A stretch of 64,000 nt of DNA from Terriglobia bacterium (GCA_963723645.1 CAVRRR010000002.1:376163-440162); one strand, 5' to 3'; numbered from the stretch's first letter, positions 55,155 to 64,000 are shown. The notes: generated by a model not told the origin, from the letters alone. Program-made: numbers and translations.

Positions 55155-55709
55155 CTACCCTCCGATCAGGCGATCATCCGCCAGCTTCGTCTCTACGGAG
55201 GGATCGAGTTCGGAAATCGTGAGCATATTAAAGGCAATTTTGGAGCGCGACGGCAGGAAATGCCAGATTTTTTCAGCGGTTGTACGCTCCTCGCCTTGAA
55301 TTTCCAACGCGAGGTTTTCGGTGGTGGTGTCGCGGGCGACGCGCGCCAAAGCAGCAATGGCTTCGTACATGGCGCATTCGGCTGTTTCGGCCGTGTAGCT
55401 CACCAGAAGGTTGTGCAGGACACGCTCTTCAATGGAGTGTGTCTCTTGAGGTACGGTCGGGCCCACGTTCAGGACCGGGGTTCCCGTTCCGCTGGTGCCG
55501 GACGCACCGGAATCGAGCTGTCCGAGACGGGACGTCAGGCGGTTGTGGTGCGATCGTGTCTGATCGGCATGGGTGCTGAACAGAGAACGAACTTCATCGT
55601 CGTCCTCTGTTTCCCTGGCAAATGCCTGGAGTTGGGACTCCAGCTCTCTTTCGGCCCCAATGGCGTTGCGCAAGTAGTGCTGAAGTAGCTCCGTACGATT
55701 TTCAGACAA
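55155..55709 (-). CDS. Ferritin-like DUF892 (YciE/YciF family) protein
   Basis: TTG start with GAGGA 8 nt upstream. LLQHYLRNAIGAERELESQLQAFARE...HADQTRSHHNRLTSRL shows the four-helix-bundle DUF892 pattern. Confidence 0.7.
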   Translation of the reverse strand: MSENRTELLQHYLRNAIGAERELESQLQAFARETEDDDEVRSLFSTHADQTRSHHNRLTSRLGQLDSGASGTSGTGTPVLNVGPTVPQETHSIEERVLHNLLVSYTAETAECAMYEAIAALARVARDTTTENLALEIQGEERTTAEKIWHFLPSRSKIAFNMLTISELDPSVETKLADDRLIGG

Positions 55710-55735
55710 AGTCGGTCCTCAGAACAGGGAGGAGC

Positions 55736-55999
55736 TCAGGCAGCGATCTTGTGTGCAGAATTCGGCCATATGCCGAGTTCGATGAACTCTGCCTCAAAGC
55801 GCTGTTGCTCACGAGGGTCCTGCGAGGGTCGAAGAATCCTGCAACATTCCCGCAGTGCTTCTTCCAGAGGTTTTGCAGTTGCTTCTTCGCCCAGCACCAC
55901 TTTAATCAGCTGGTAAGCTGCTGTGCGCGCCTGCTCCGAAGTCTTGGCAAACATCATGGCTTCGTAACGATCGTTGATCATTTGGGTGTGGCGGTTCAT
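55736..55999 (-). CDS. Hypothetical 87-aa protein
   Basis: ATG start. It is co-directional with and 26 nt upstream of the DUF892 gene. The composition suggests helices. No family recognised. Confidence 0.45.
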   Translation of the reverse strand: MNRHTQMINDRYEAMMFAKTSEQARTAAYQLIKVVLGEEATAKPLEEALRECCRILRPSQDPREQQRFEAEFIELGIWPNSAHKIAA

Positions 56000-56142
56000 A
56001 GCGATTTCTCAGTATATTGGACGCGCGAAAGACGATTTTGATTCGGGCGGATTATACCGCACGGGCGATTTTCCGGTAGAGCCCGGTGGAAAATGCCGTC
56101 AGAGTGTAACTTTAAGCGCTACGACGGCTATCCAATTGTACG

Positions 56143-56457
56143 ATGTCTGAGTATGACCTTCGGTCGGCTTTCCCGTTGAACAACCATGAATTCACCGCGC
56201 AGGATCAATATTGGATCTGCCGGCTAGTAGAAGTATCGGATATGCGGCCTGAATCCGATCGCCTCTCCTGGTATCTTCTTTTCCAGCAATCTCCGCCGAA
56301 GCAGCCAGGGACGGAGGAGAGTGCCCGCAGACTCGAGATCGTGACAGACGCCAACCGCGTTCTGCACGACCACTGGCGACCTGACCTGGCGCAACGCATA
56401 ACGGACTGGCTCGAGACCGGCGGCGAGGACGATCGGGTGGAATGGCTGAACGGCTGA
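56143..56457 (+). CDS. Hypothetical 104-aa protein
   Basis: ATG start and natural composition (MSEYDLRSAFPLNNHEFTAQDQYWICRLVEV...). No family recognised. Confidence 0.45.
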   Translation: MSEYDLRSAFPLNNHEFTAQDQYWICRLVEVSDMRPESDRLSWYLLFQQSPPKQPGTEESARRLEIVTDANRVLHDHWRPDLAQRITDWLETGGEDDRVEWLNG

Positions 56458-56582
56458 TGAATCGGTCCCGACTCGCTGCGCATCTGCTTGCGAGGTAGCC
56501 ACCTCGGGGCAAGACTCATCTCGAAACCGTGCCATTTCCGGTCGCTCGACCTTCAATAGTTCTCCGTTACGATTGTCCTGAG

Positions 56583-57094
56583 ATGGCGACGGCTCCACGG
56601 CACGTAGTCAGCGAGTACGAGTATTCCATACCAGCTATCAGCCCGACTGCGATTTTGTTGACGGCTTCCTCCTGGAGAGGAATGTGGGTGCACCGCCGCA
56701 TGGACGGCTGCAAACACTTATCGCCGCTTTTTGTTTTCAGCAGGAGCAGACATGGCAGATTCAGGTATTGTCGAAACTCGCCTCAAGATCCGAGTGCGGA
56801 AGTATCGCGTGCCAAACGTGATGATCTCGCCGCGAGTGCGCCGCGCCCAGAGCTTGCGATCGAGCAACCGCCGCTGCTTTGCATCGAGCTCGTTTCGCCA
56901 GGAGATCGTCTGCCCGACCTCGTGCTTCGCGCGGGTGAATACTTCCAACTGGGTGTTCCGGTGACCTGGATCTTTAACCCTAAGAGGAAGAGAGCCTGAT
57001 TTACTCGTGCGAGTGCACCTTTGAATCGTTCGACTCCATCCTGCGTCACGGGAAGAATCGAGCTGCCGATCGTGGATATGTTCGCGCAGCAATA
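56583..57094 (+). pseudogene. Uma2-family (DUF820) endonuclease pseudogene with multiple frameshifts and an in-frame stop
   Basis: Uma2-like blocks are spread over three frames. These are CDFVDGFLLERNVGAPPHGRLQTLIAAF, then VETRLKIRVRKYRVPNVMIS, then RPELAIEQPPLLCIELVSPGDRLPDLVLRAGEYFQLGVPVTWIFNP. After an in-frame TGA (56997-56999), the sequence continues ...GRIELPIVDMFAQQ. Confidence 0.65.
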
Positions 57095-57145
57095 GCGCTC
57101 CGTAAGTCCGAAGAGCGACTCAAAACCTCAGGACAATTTTGAATG

Positions 57146-57221
57146 TGGTGAGCCGGCCGGGACTCGAACCCGGGACCACCGCATTAAAAGTGCGATGCTC
57201 TACCAACTGAGCTACCGGCCC
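57146..57221 (-). tRNA. tRNA-Lys (UUU)
   Basis: The reverse complement reads GGGCCGG-TA-GCTC-AGTTGGTA-GAGC-A-TCGCA-CTTTTAA-TGCGG-TGGTC-CCGGG-TTCGAGT-CCCGG-CCGGCTC-A-CCA. 76 nt, anticodon TTT. Confidence 0.93.
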
Positions 57222-57404
57222 CGAAAGAGGAATGCAAACGGGTTGATACACGGACAGGATAGCACCAGCAATATCAGCGCCTGCCAGTTGAAAAGCGGCT
57301 GGATTTGACAGGTGGGGTTTCGATCGCAGACCTCGAAATTATTCGGGAAGGAGCGTTCAGGGCGCAAGACTCCGGGCAAAGCCGCATCTAGGTAGTTAAG
57401 AATC

Positions 57405-58466
57405 ATGGCGATCGAAAAAGCGGTGCCCAAGCAGGCAGAGCAATACTCGAGTGCAAGCACTTGGCTTGGTGTGGCCGGGTTGTGCGCCGCTACCGTCTTT
57501 GCCGCGCGCAAGTTCTTGCGAACTCCGCCCAAGCATTTCGATCTGCGCGGCAAGGTTGCCTTAATCACCGGGGGTTCGCGCGGACTCGGGCTAGCGTTGG
57601 CGAGAGAGTTGGGATCCCGGGGAGCACGACTGGCTCTGTGCGCCCGGGGCGCACAGGAACTCGATCGCGCTTGCGCCCTGCTTAAAGAGAGCGGGATCGA
57701 AGCGCACTCTTTTCCGGTGGACATCACGAAAGCTACGGAGCTTCCGGATCTGGCGCGTCGCATAGCCAGTCAACTCGGGAGCATCGACGTTCTGATCAAC
57801 AATGCGGGGCGTATTACCGTCGGATCTTTCGATTCGCTAACCAAGGAAGATTATGAGGCCGCAATGGACCTCATGTTCTGGGCTCCTGTGAATCTCACAC
57901 ATGCTGTTCTGCCTTTGATGCGCTCGAAGGCGTCCGGAAATATCGTGAACATCACGTCGGTTGGAGGCCGCGTCAGCGTGCCCCATCTGCTTCCTTACAG
58001 CTGCGCTAAGTTCGCCTTCGTCGGGTTCTCAACCGGTTTAACGGTGGAACTAAAGAAGAAAGGTATCGACGTTTTAACTGTAGTTCCAGGACTGATGCGA
58101 ACTGGGTCATATTTGAATGCGGAGTTCAAAGGGGCTGCAAAAAAAGAATTCGCGTGGTTCGGGCTGCTGGGGAATTTGCCTGGCTTTTCCGTGGCGGCCG
58201 GGCGAGCAGCGAAAGAAATCTGCAACGCGATGATGGAAGGGAAAGATGTCTGGACGATTTCAGTGCCCGCGAAGGTACTAGTAGCTCTGGAAGCTTTGGC
58301 GCCGGAAGTAAACCGCACGGTGTTCGAAACGGTGAACAGATTTGCGCTTCCCGAATCAGAAGCGAAAGATTCCGTGCCGGGCAAGCACTTAAATCCTTCG
58401 TTAAATCTTCTGTTTCAGGGACTTACAACGCTCGGACGTCTGGCAGCGCAACAGTACAACGAGTAG
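57405..58466 (+). CDS. Membrane-anchored short-chain dehydrogenase/reductase (SDR)
   Basis: N-terminal TM segment. KVALITGGSRGLG (TGxxxGxG), NNAG, and catalytic YSCAKFA (YxxxK). Confidence 0.85.
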   Translation: MAIEKAVPKQAEQYSSASTWLGVAGLCAATVFAARKFLRTPPKHFDLRGKVALITGGSRGLGLALARELGSRGARLALCARGAQELDRACALLKESGIEAHSFPVDITKATELPDLARRIASQLGSIDVLINNAGRITVGSFDSLTKEDYEAAMDLMFWAPVNLTHAVLPLMRSKASGNIVNITSVGGRVSVPHLLPYSCAKFAFVGFSTGLTVELKKKGIDVLTVVPGLMRTGSYLNAEFKGAAKKEFAWFGLLGNLPGFSVAAGRAAKEICNAMMEGKDVWTISVPAKVLVALEALAPEVNRTVFETVNRFALPESEAKDSVPGKHLNPSLNLLFQGLTTLGRLAAQQYNE

Positions 58467-58646
58467 CGCAGGAGGTTAGTACGCTGCTCTACAAAGCATG
58501 TAACTGTATCCTGGTATCTGAGTCTACTTAACGCGGGGACGTAGCGGAGCAACCCGGTCCCGGGTTCTACAGTCCCTCGAGACACGTCTAGTGTCTGTGG
58601 CATCTTGCTGGCTGCTTAGCGGCCGCTTCTGGACGAGGGAATATAT

Positions 58647-59897
58647 TTGGCAGTTGATAAGTGTATCTTTCAGAGCTTTTTACAGGCTGGATTTGAGAGC
58701 TCGACCCACAAGCGGCGCAATGGCCAGCGTGTGGATCTTATCAACGCGACGGGGCACGACCGGTTCGCACAAAAAGATTATCAGCTTCTTCACCGATTTG
58801 GTATCAGCACTGTTCGAGAGTCCGCCCGCTGGCATCTGATTGAAAGCTCGAAAGGATGCTACGACTTCGGATCGCTCGACGAAATTCTGGATCCTGCAGC
58901 AATTACTAATACGCAAGTAATCCTCGACCTGCTGCATTTCGGCTGGCCGGACCACGTCGATCCGCTTGCTTCTTCCTTCAGCTCGGATTTTGCGCAGTTT
59001 ACTTTGGCAACGGCGCGCCACCTTAAACGCCGCTCCGACCCTTGCCGTCTTATTGCACCGGTAAACGAGATTTCATTTTTATCGTGGGCCGGCGGCGATG
59101 CTGCAAGCATAAATCCGTATCTGACCGGGCATGGACGCGACTTAAAGCATAATCTCGTCCGAGCGGCTGCCGCGGCGAGTGAGATTCTGCTGAACGAGTT
59201 ACCGGGTGTGAGGTTGGTATCGCCGGAACCTGTGATTCATATCGTAGAGAACCCCGATCTACCGGGCAGCGGCTCAGATGCGGAGATGTACCGATTAGCG
59301 CAATTTGAGTCCTGGGACATGATTTCGGGGGCCTTGGCTCCTGAACTTGGCGGCAGGCCGGAGTATCTGGACATTCTTGGCATTAACTTTTACGACAGGA
59401 ATGAGTGGGTGCATCACGGCGGCCGATTACTGCGGGAGGATGCGCGTTACCGACCGTTTCATCGGATCCTAGAAGAAGTGTGGATGCGATATAAGCGTCC
59501 GATTTTTGTCTCCGAGACGGGCACAGAAGACGGCTGGCGCGCCGAGTGGTTCAACTACATTTGCGCCGAAGTTTCAGAAGCCAGGAGAATCGGCATTCCA
59601 GTAGGAGGAATTTGTCTTTATCCGATATTAAATCATCCCGGATGGGATGACGATCGTCATTGCCAGAACGGCCTTTGTGACCATCCGGACGAAAACGGAG
59701 CACGCAGTATTCACTGGCCATTGGCGCACGCGGTCCGCGCGCAACAGCGGAGATTTGCAGGGAGTACCTCAGCACCACATGAACTTCATACATACAGACC
59801 TGATTTGCCTTTCTCATCTTCGCTGGAGTTTTGTATTTCAGAGACCGCAGCACCTGATGAGCCGATTCGCGAGAGAGAACAGAGTTTTCTTCTTTGA
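58647..59897 (+). CDS. Clan GH-A (GH1-like) TIM-barrel glycoside-hydrolase-like protein
   Basis: TTG start. KDYQLLHRFGISTVRESARWHLIE...VILDLLHFGWPDHV, APVNEISF (acid/base-like NE) and PIFVSETGTE (nucleophile-like ETG) are present. The last ~40 codons overlap the next gene and look non-conserved. Confidence 0.6.
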   Translation: MAVDKCIFQSFLQAGFESSTHKRRNGQRVDLINATGHDRFAQKDYQLLHRFGISTVRESARWHLIESSKGCYDFGSLDEILDPAAITNTQVILDLLHFGWPDHVDPLASSFSSDFAQFTLATARHLKRRSDPCRLIAPVNEISFLSWAGGDAASINPYLTGHGRDLKHNLVRAAAAASEILLNELPGVRLVSPEPVIHIVENPDLPGSGSDAEMYRLAQFESWDMISGALAPELGGRPEYLDILGINFYDRNEWVHHGGRLLREDARYRPFHRILEEVWMRYKRPIFVSETGTEDGWRAEWFNYICAEVSEARRIGIPVGGICLYPILNHPGWDDDRHCQNGLCDHPDENGARSIHWPLAHAVRAQQRRFAGSTSAPHELHTYRPDLPFSSSLEFCISETAAPDEPIREREQSFLL

Positions 59898-60948
59898 GGA
59901 ACCTGTTTATGAGGATCGAGAACCGCACTTACGATCTTCGGTCTGTGCCAAAACCGGTGTGCACGTACTTACTCCTGTTCTGCCTAATGGGCTGCAGCAT
60001 GCGCAGATAGTCGATGAACAGAAACGTCTCCTGAGCGGCATGCTCGACCAGTATGAAATCGAGAATTACGTAGCGTGGTACTACACTCCGATGGCAAGAG
60101 AGTTTGCAGGAGAGCTGAGACCCCTCGCAACCGTGTACGACTGCATGGATGAGCTGTCCTCTTTCTCAGGCGCTCCTTCGGCGATGCGTGCGAACGAACT
60201 CGAGCTGTTCAAGGAAGCGGACCTGGTTTTCACAGGCGGGTCGAGCTTATACGAATCGAAGCGCAAGCAGCATCCGGCAGTCTACTTATTTCCGAGCAGC
60301 GTGGATGTAGCTCACTTTGCGCGCGCGCTCACGATCGAGAAGGAGCCGGAAGATCAAGCTCATCTGCCTCAACCGCGCCTCGGTTACGCGGGCGTGATCG
60401 ATGAACGCATGGACCTCGATTTGGTGGCGAAGGTGGCAGCGCTACGACCCGACTGGCAGTTTGTGCTGCTTGGCCCGGTAGCGAAGATCGATGACGCTTC
60501 GCTCCCTCGCGCGAGTAACATCCATTACCTGGGCATGAAGCAGTACGCCGATCTACCAGCGTATTTTTCAGGCTGGCAAATCGGGATACTGCCCTTTGCC
60601 TTGAATGAATCTACCCGTTTTATCAGTCCGACTAAGACGCCCGAGTATCTGGCCGCGGGTCTGCAGGTTATCAGTACGGCAATCCGGGATGTTGTGACGC
60701 CTTACGGTGAGAAACGCATGGCAGGCATCGCGGGAAGTGCGGAGCAGTTTGTCGAAATCGCGGACACATATCTCGCAGCGAAGCCGTCCCCGGAGTTCCG
60801 GACACAAGTCGATCAATTTCTATCTCAGTCTTCCTGGGATACGACTTGGGCGCGCATGAGCGAGCTGATTCGCGAAGTTGCAAATTCTCATGTTGCCGGA
60901 ACAATACAGTTGACGCAGAAAGCGTCGGAAGGCGTTGCCCATGTTTGA
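59779..60948 (+). CDS. Glycosyltransferase (GT4/GT1-like)
   Basis: The ATG at 59779 gives MNFIHTDLICLSHLRWSFVFQRPQHLMSRFA, an N-terminal block I recall as typical of GTs next to glf. The C-terminal half reads GYAGVIDERMDLDL...YLG...SPTKTPEYLAAGLQVIST. Confidence 0.75.
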   Translation: MNFIHTDLICLSHLRWSFVFQRPQHLMSRFARENRVFFFEEPVYEDREPHLRSSVCAKTGVHVLTPVLPNGLQHAQIVDEQKRLLSGMLDQYEIENYVAWYYTPMAREFAGELRPLATVYDCMDELSSFSGAPSAMRANELELFKEADLVFTGGSSLYESKRKQHPAVYLFPSSVDVAHFARALTIEKEPEDQAHLPQPRLGYAGVIDERMDLDLVAKVAALRPDWQFVLLGPVAKIDDASLPRASNIHYLGMKQYADLPAYFSGWQIGILPFALNESTRFISPTKTPEYLAAGLQVISTAIRDVVTPYGEKRMAGIAGSAEQFVEIADTYLAAKPSPEFRTQVDQFLSQSSWDTTWARMSELIREVANSHVAGTIQLTQKASEGVAHV

Positions 60949-62113
60949 TTATTTGATCGTCGGAGCAGGTTTCGCGGGGGCTGTGGTCGCAGAGCGAATG
61001 GCCACCCAGTTCAATAAGAAGGTGTTGATCATTGATCGACGTCCACACATCGCCGGAAACGCGTTCGATCACCTCAATACCGACGGCTTGCTGATACATC
61101 GTTACGGGCCGCACATTTTCCACACAAATTCCGAGCAGGTGTTCGAGTATCTTTCGCAATTCACCGCATGGCGCAATTACGAGCATCGGGTACTCGCCTC
61201 GGTCGACGGCAAGCTAGTTCCGGTGCCGATCAACCTGGACACGGTTAATCTGCTTTACGGGTTGAAGCTTTCGACCGAAAAGGAAGTGGAGGAGTTTTTC
61301 GCCGAGAAAGCCGAGCCCCGCTCGTCAGTAAGAACGTCCGAGGACGTAGTTGTAAGTAAGGTCGGCAGAGATCTTTACGAAAAGTTGTTCCGCAACTACA
61401 CGAGAAAACAATGGGGGAAAGATCCTTCCGAACTGGACGCGCAGGTTACTGCCCGTATACCGGTTAGGACAAATCGAGACGATCGATACTTTACCGATCG
61501 CTTTCAAGCGATGCCGAAGCATGGTTACACGATGATGTTCGAAAACATGCTCGACCATCCGAACATTTCGATTCAGCTTGGCTGCGGCTATGCGGAGATT
61601 GTGAAGCAGGCTAAGTTTCGGGAAGTGATCTACACGGGACCGGTGGACGAGTTCTTCGATTTTCGATTTGGCGAACTGCCTTATCGTTCTTTGCGGTTTC
61701 AGCATGAAACGGTGAATAGCGAGCATTTCCAGCCTGTGGCGGTCGTCAACTATCCAAACGAGCATGCTTATACGCGGATTACCGAGTTCAAGTATCTGAC
61801 CGGGCAATCGCACAAACAAACGAGCGTGGTATACGAGTATCCGGCAAAGGAAGGAGATCCTTACTATCCGGTTCCTACGCCTGAGAATGCGGCGTTGTAC
61901 AAACGGTACGCAGAACTCGCCGCCAAGCATCCCCGGGTACATTTCGTAGGACGGCTGGCCACCTACCGTTACTACAACATGGATCAAGTAGTCGCGCAGG
62001 CCTTAACGCTTTGCAAGCAGGTGGCAGCAGCGCCGGGATTCACATGGCAGCCGAAAACGGCCGCGGTGGCTGTGGGGCAACCCATGACCGTGCTGCCCGC
62101 ACTCGCCGGATAG
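60941..62113 (+). CDS. glf: UDP-galactopyranose mutase
   Basis: MFDYLIVGAGFAGAVVAERMA..., YGPHIFHT, YTRKQWG and IPVRTNRDDRYFTDRFQAMPKHGYT blocks parallel E. coli Glf. The ATG overlaps the upstream stop (ATGTTTGA). Confidence 0.9.
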   Translation: MFDYLIVGAGFAGAVVAERMATQFNKKVLIIDRRPHIAGNAFDHLNTDGLLIHRYGPHIFHTNSEQVFEYLSQFTAWRNYEHRVLASVDGKLVPVPINLDTVNLLYGLKLSTEKEVEEFFAEKAEPRSSVRTSEDVVVSKVGRDLYEKLFRNYTRKQWGKDPSELDAQVTARIPVRTNRDDRYFTDRFQAMPKHGYTMMFENMLDHPNISIQLGCGYAEIVKQAKFREVIYTGPVDEFFDFRFGELPYRSLRFQHETVNSEHFQPVAVVNYPNEHAYTRITEFKYLTGQSHKQTSVVYEYPAKEGDPYYPVPTPENAALYKRYAELAAKHPRVHFVGRLATYRYYNMDQVVAQALTLCKQVAAAPGFTWQPKTAAVAVGQPMTVLPALAG

Positions 62114-62878
62114 ATGCTGGATTTGGCGGTATTGTCGCCGCACCGCGACGATGCCGCCTTTTCCGCGTGCCATTGTCTTTCTGTGTTGAGCGCAGCCGGA
62201 GCGAAAATAACGGTGCTCAACTTCTTTACCAGGAGCGCTTATGGTCCTGGGATGACAACAACGGACGCGGGAAGCGTTAGCGCCGCTCGAAGGCGAGAGG
62301 ATCGGCGTGTATTGGCACGGATTGCGGAGACAATCGAAGTTGTAGACGGGAATCTGGTAGATGCTCCACTCCGGCTAAACATTCCGGTCTCAGCGGTGTG
62401 CGATTCCGCGACGCAGCTACTCCTCAGCAAAGCGGCTATCGATGAAATAGGCCGAAGCATCATACACCTTGTAGGGTACCCGTGTCTTGCGCCGTTGGCA
62501 CTTGGTAACCACATTGACCACGTGACGGTAAGAGCGGCCGCGATACGCATCCTACGCGCGCAAAACCTTTCCTTCTATGAAGACCTGCCGTACGCGATGT
62601 GGACGCCTGAAGCGACGCTACGCGAGCGAGTTGGTGAAGTCGAGGATATCAGCAAGGTGCAGCTTCGGCCGGTTATCGTTAGAAGCCGCCGGGCAGGGAC
62701 GCGAAAGAGACGTTTGATCGCCGGGTATCAATCGCAAATCACGCGCCACGATGCGAACGAGATGGCGCGATGGGGAGAGCGCTACGGAGGCGGAGAGCGC
62801 GTCTGGATGCCAGTCCACTCGAAGAGCTGGCGATTGCTTCTGGGAGCTACCCAACGAGCCGGACAGGCGAAGGGCTAA
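62114..62878 (+). CDS. PIG-L/LmbE-family deacetylase
   Basis: The ATG immediately follows the glf stop. AVLSPHRDDAAFS is a PIG-L metal-binding motif variant, and the later HIDH motif is present. Confidence 0.7.
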   Translation: MLDLAVLSPHRDDAAFSACHCLSVLSAAGAKITVLNFFTRSAYGPGMTTTDAGSVSAARRREDRRVLARIAETIEVVDGNLVDAPLRLNIPVSAVCDSATQLLLSKAAIDEIGRSIIHLVGYPCLAPLALGNHIDHVTVRAAAIRILRAQNLSFYEDLPYAMWTPEATLRERVGEVEDISKVQLRPVIVRSRRAGTRKRRLIAGYQSQITRHDANEMARWGERYGGGERVWMPVHSKSWRLLLGATQRAGQAKG

Positions 62879-62880
62879 GA

Positions 62881-63840
62881 TCAGGCCCGAACGCTCCAGA
62901 GTGCTTCCGCAAAGGGCCAGACCCTATCAGTCCAGACACGGAGAGGCTGGAAGCCGCCGCTGTGGGCAAGGTCGGTCAGCTCCGATTCGAGAAACTTATG
63001 AGACGACTCAGTCCAGATGGTCTCTCCGGGTTCGAAGCGAAACGACGTATCGAGCGCGCCAACTGAAACCGTCTGCTCGCGACCGGACAAGAGATGCATT
63101 TCAATACGCCGCTGCTCCGAATTCCAAACGGCCTCATGGACAAATGAACGCAGATCGAAATCTGCATCCAACTCGCGATTGATGCGACTCAGGACATTCA
63201 GATTGAAGGCAGCGGTAACACCGATCGGATCGTCGTAAGCGGTCAGCATGGTTTCGATATCTTTCACCAAATCGAAGCCGATTAAAAACAAGTCACCAGG
63301 CCTGAGATTCGCGCACACGCGAGTCAAAAACTCCGGAATTGTCGAGCGCTCAAGATTCCCTATTGAACTGCCGAGGAACAGCAGTAGCAGAGGCGCATCC
63401 GACCGCGATCGGGAGATTTCACGCAAACCATCCATCCAGTCAGCGCAAACGACTCGGGTTTGTGCAAGGTCTGCGACTTCCTTTTGGCAGAGCTCCAGTG
63501 CGGCCGCAGAAACATCGATCGGCCGGTATATCAGGTTTGCGTTCTGCTGACGTAAGGCGTCGAGAACATAGCGGGTCTTCTTTCCGCTTCCGCTGCCCAA
63601 TTCACATACTGTTTCAACCGGACCCGAGGCTGCAGCGATATGCCCCGCATGAGCTTGTAATAAGCGCTCGTCGGCTCGGGTCAATCCGTATTCGGGAAGG
63701 AGCGTTATTGCTTCAAACAGCGCACTTCCCAAATCATCATAAAAATATTGGGAAGAAATTTGCTTCTGCTCTCTAGAGAGTCCTGTAGCCACATCCTGAG
63801 CGAAGGAAGAAAGAACGGCTTGTACGGCAGCAGCAGACAT
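62881..63840 (-). CDS. egtD: L-histidine N-alpha-methyltransferase (ergothioneine biosynthesis EgtD)
   Basis: SSQYFYDDLGSALFEAITLLPEYGLTRADERLL, ELGSGSGKKT and LFLGSSIGN blocks are characteristic of EgtD. It lies directly downstream of an EgtB-like gene. Confidence 0.85.
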   Translation of the reverse strand: MSAAAVQAVLSSFAQDVATGLSREQKQISSQYFYDDLGSALFEAITLLPEYGLTRADERLLQAHAGHIAAASGPVETVCELGSGSGKKTRYVLDALRQQNANLIYRPIDVSAAALELCQKEVADLAQTRVVCADWMDGLREISRSRSDAPLLLLFLGSSIGNLERSTIPEFLTRVCANLRPGDLFLIGFDLVKDIETMLTAYDDPIGVTAAFNLNVLSRINRELDADFDLRSFVHEAVWNSEQRRIEMHLLSGREQTVSVGALDTSFRFEPGETIWTESSHKFLESELTDLAHSGGFQPLRVWTDRVWPFAEALWSVRA

Positions 63841-63844
63841 GTAC

Positions 63845-64000
63845 TTAATTCTCCACGCACCGGAACGTCGCGTACATGTAAGGGTAATCGCGGCGAAACC
63901 AGTTTCGGAAAGAGCGGCGCAGCAGACGTGCGCCTGTACGTGCCGAGCCCCCTTTCATAACGTAATGATCGTCATCGAAGAAGTTGGCAGAGTACCCTGG
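63845..64000 (-). CDS. egtB: EgtB-like sulfoxide synthase, C-terminal fragment (N-terminus lies beyond the window edge)
   Basis: Not in the track because it is open at the edge. The minus strand reads PGYSANFFDDDHYVMKGGSARTGARLLRRSFRNWFRRDYPYMYATFRCVEN*, matching the FGE-sulfatase-type C-terminus of EgtB. The stop is at 63847-63845, 4 nt before the egtD ATG. Confidence 0.75.
   Translation of the reverse strand, partial: PGYSANFFDDDHYVMKGGSARTGARLLRRSFRNWFRRDYPYMYATFRCVEN

Noticed and set aside
57212-57763. 183-aa minus-strand ORF.
   Set aside because: It overlaps the 5' end of tRNA-Lys and lies antisense to the well-supported SDR gene. Its composition is Ser/Arg/Ala/Pro-rich.

Overview
GC-rich bacterial chromosomal segment, most consistent with Acidobacteriota (Terriglobia-like). 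The supporting signs are a PadR regulator paired with a duplicated FtsX/MacB-type 'ADOP' permease, a CarboxypepD_reg-type TonB-dependent receptor, and many exported beta-propeller proteins. I can support about 62 protein-coding genes, 2 tRNAs (Cys-GCA, Lys-UUU), one decayed IS1595-type transposase remnant and two multi-lesion pseudogenes. I see no rRNA and no CRISPR array. Content is mainly housekeeping and catabolic. It includes ruvX-mltG, ygfZ, an IMPase/HisN-like gene, an M23 peptidase, and a ketogenic HMG-CoA lyase plus 3-oxoacid CoA-transferase array that runs into a PQQ dehydrogenase/cytochrome c pair. It also includes a sugar-utilisation neighbourhood (GH39-like, GguC/AraD1-like, SGNH, Gfo/Idh/MocA), a galactofuranose-type glycan cluster (GH-A-like, GT, glf, PIG-L) and egtB-egtD. 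The best candidate for an undescribed system is the four-gene module at 34.3-38.8 kb. It has a repeat-built lipoprotein, an exported proline-rich protein, a HAMP histidine kinase and a sigma-54 activator with a variant GAFTNA loop, behind a -24/-12-like element. Other points worth a second look: an HMG-CoA lyase whose catalytic N-terminus lies upstream of any ATG/GTG/TTG (probable CTG start), an unlisted 53-aa basic ORF, a truncated PaaK-like protein, a possible distant RdgC-like 441-aa orphan, a stand-alone ClpX zinc-finger protein, and a perfect palindrome over the padR promoter. Three properties of the ORF track matter here: it uses ATG/GTG/TTG starts, it omits ORFs under 60 aa, and it omits ORFs open at the window edges (GMC oxidoreductase at the left, egtB at the right). 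All family assignments come from motif recognition by eye, not from database searches.
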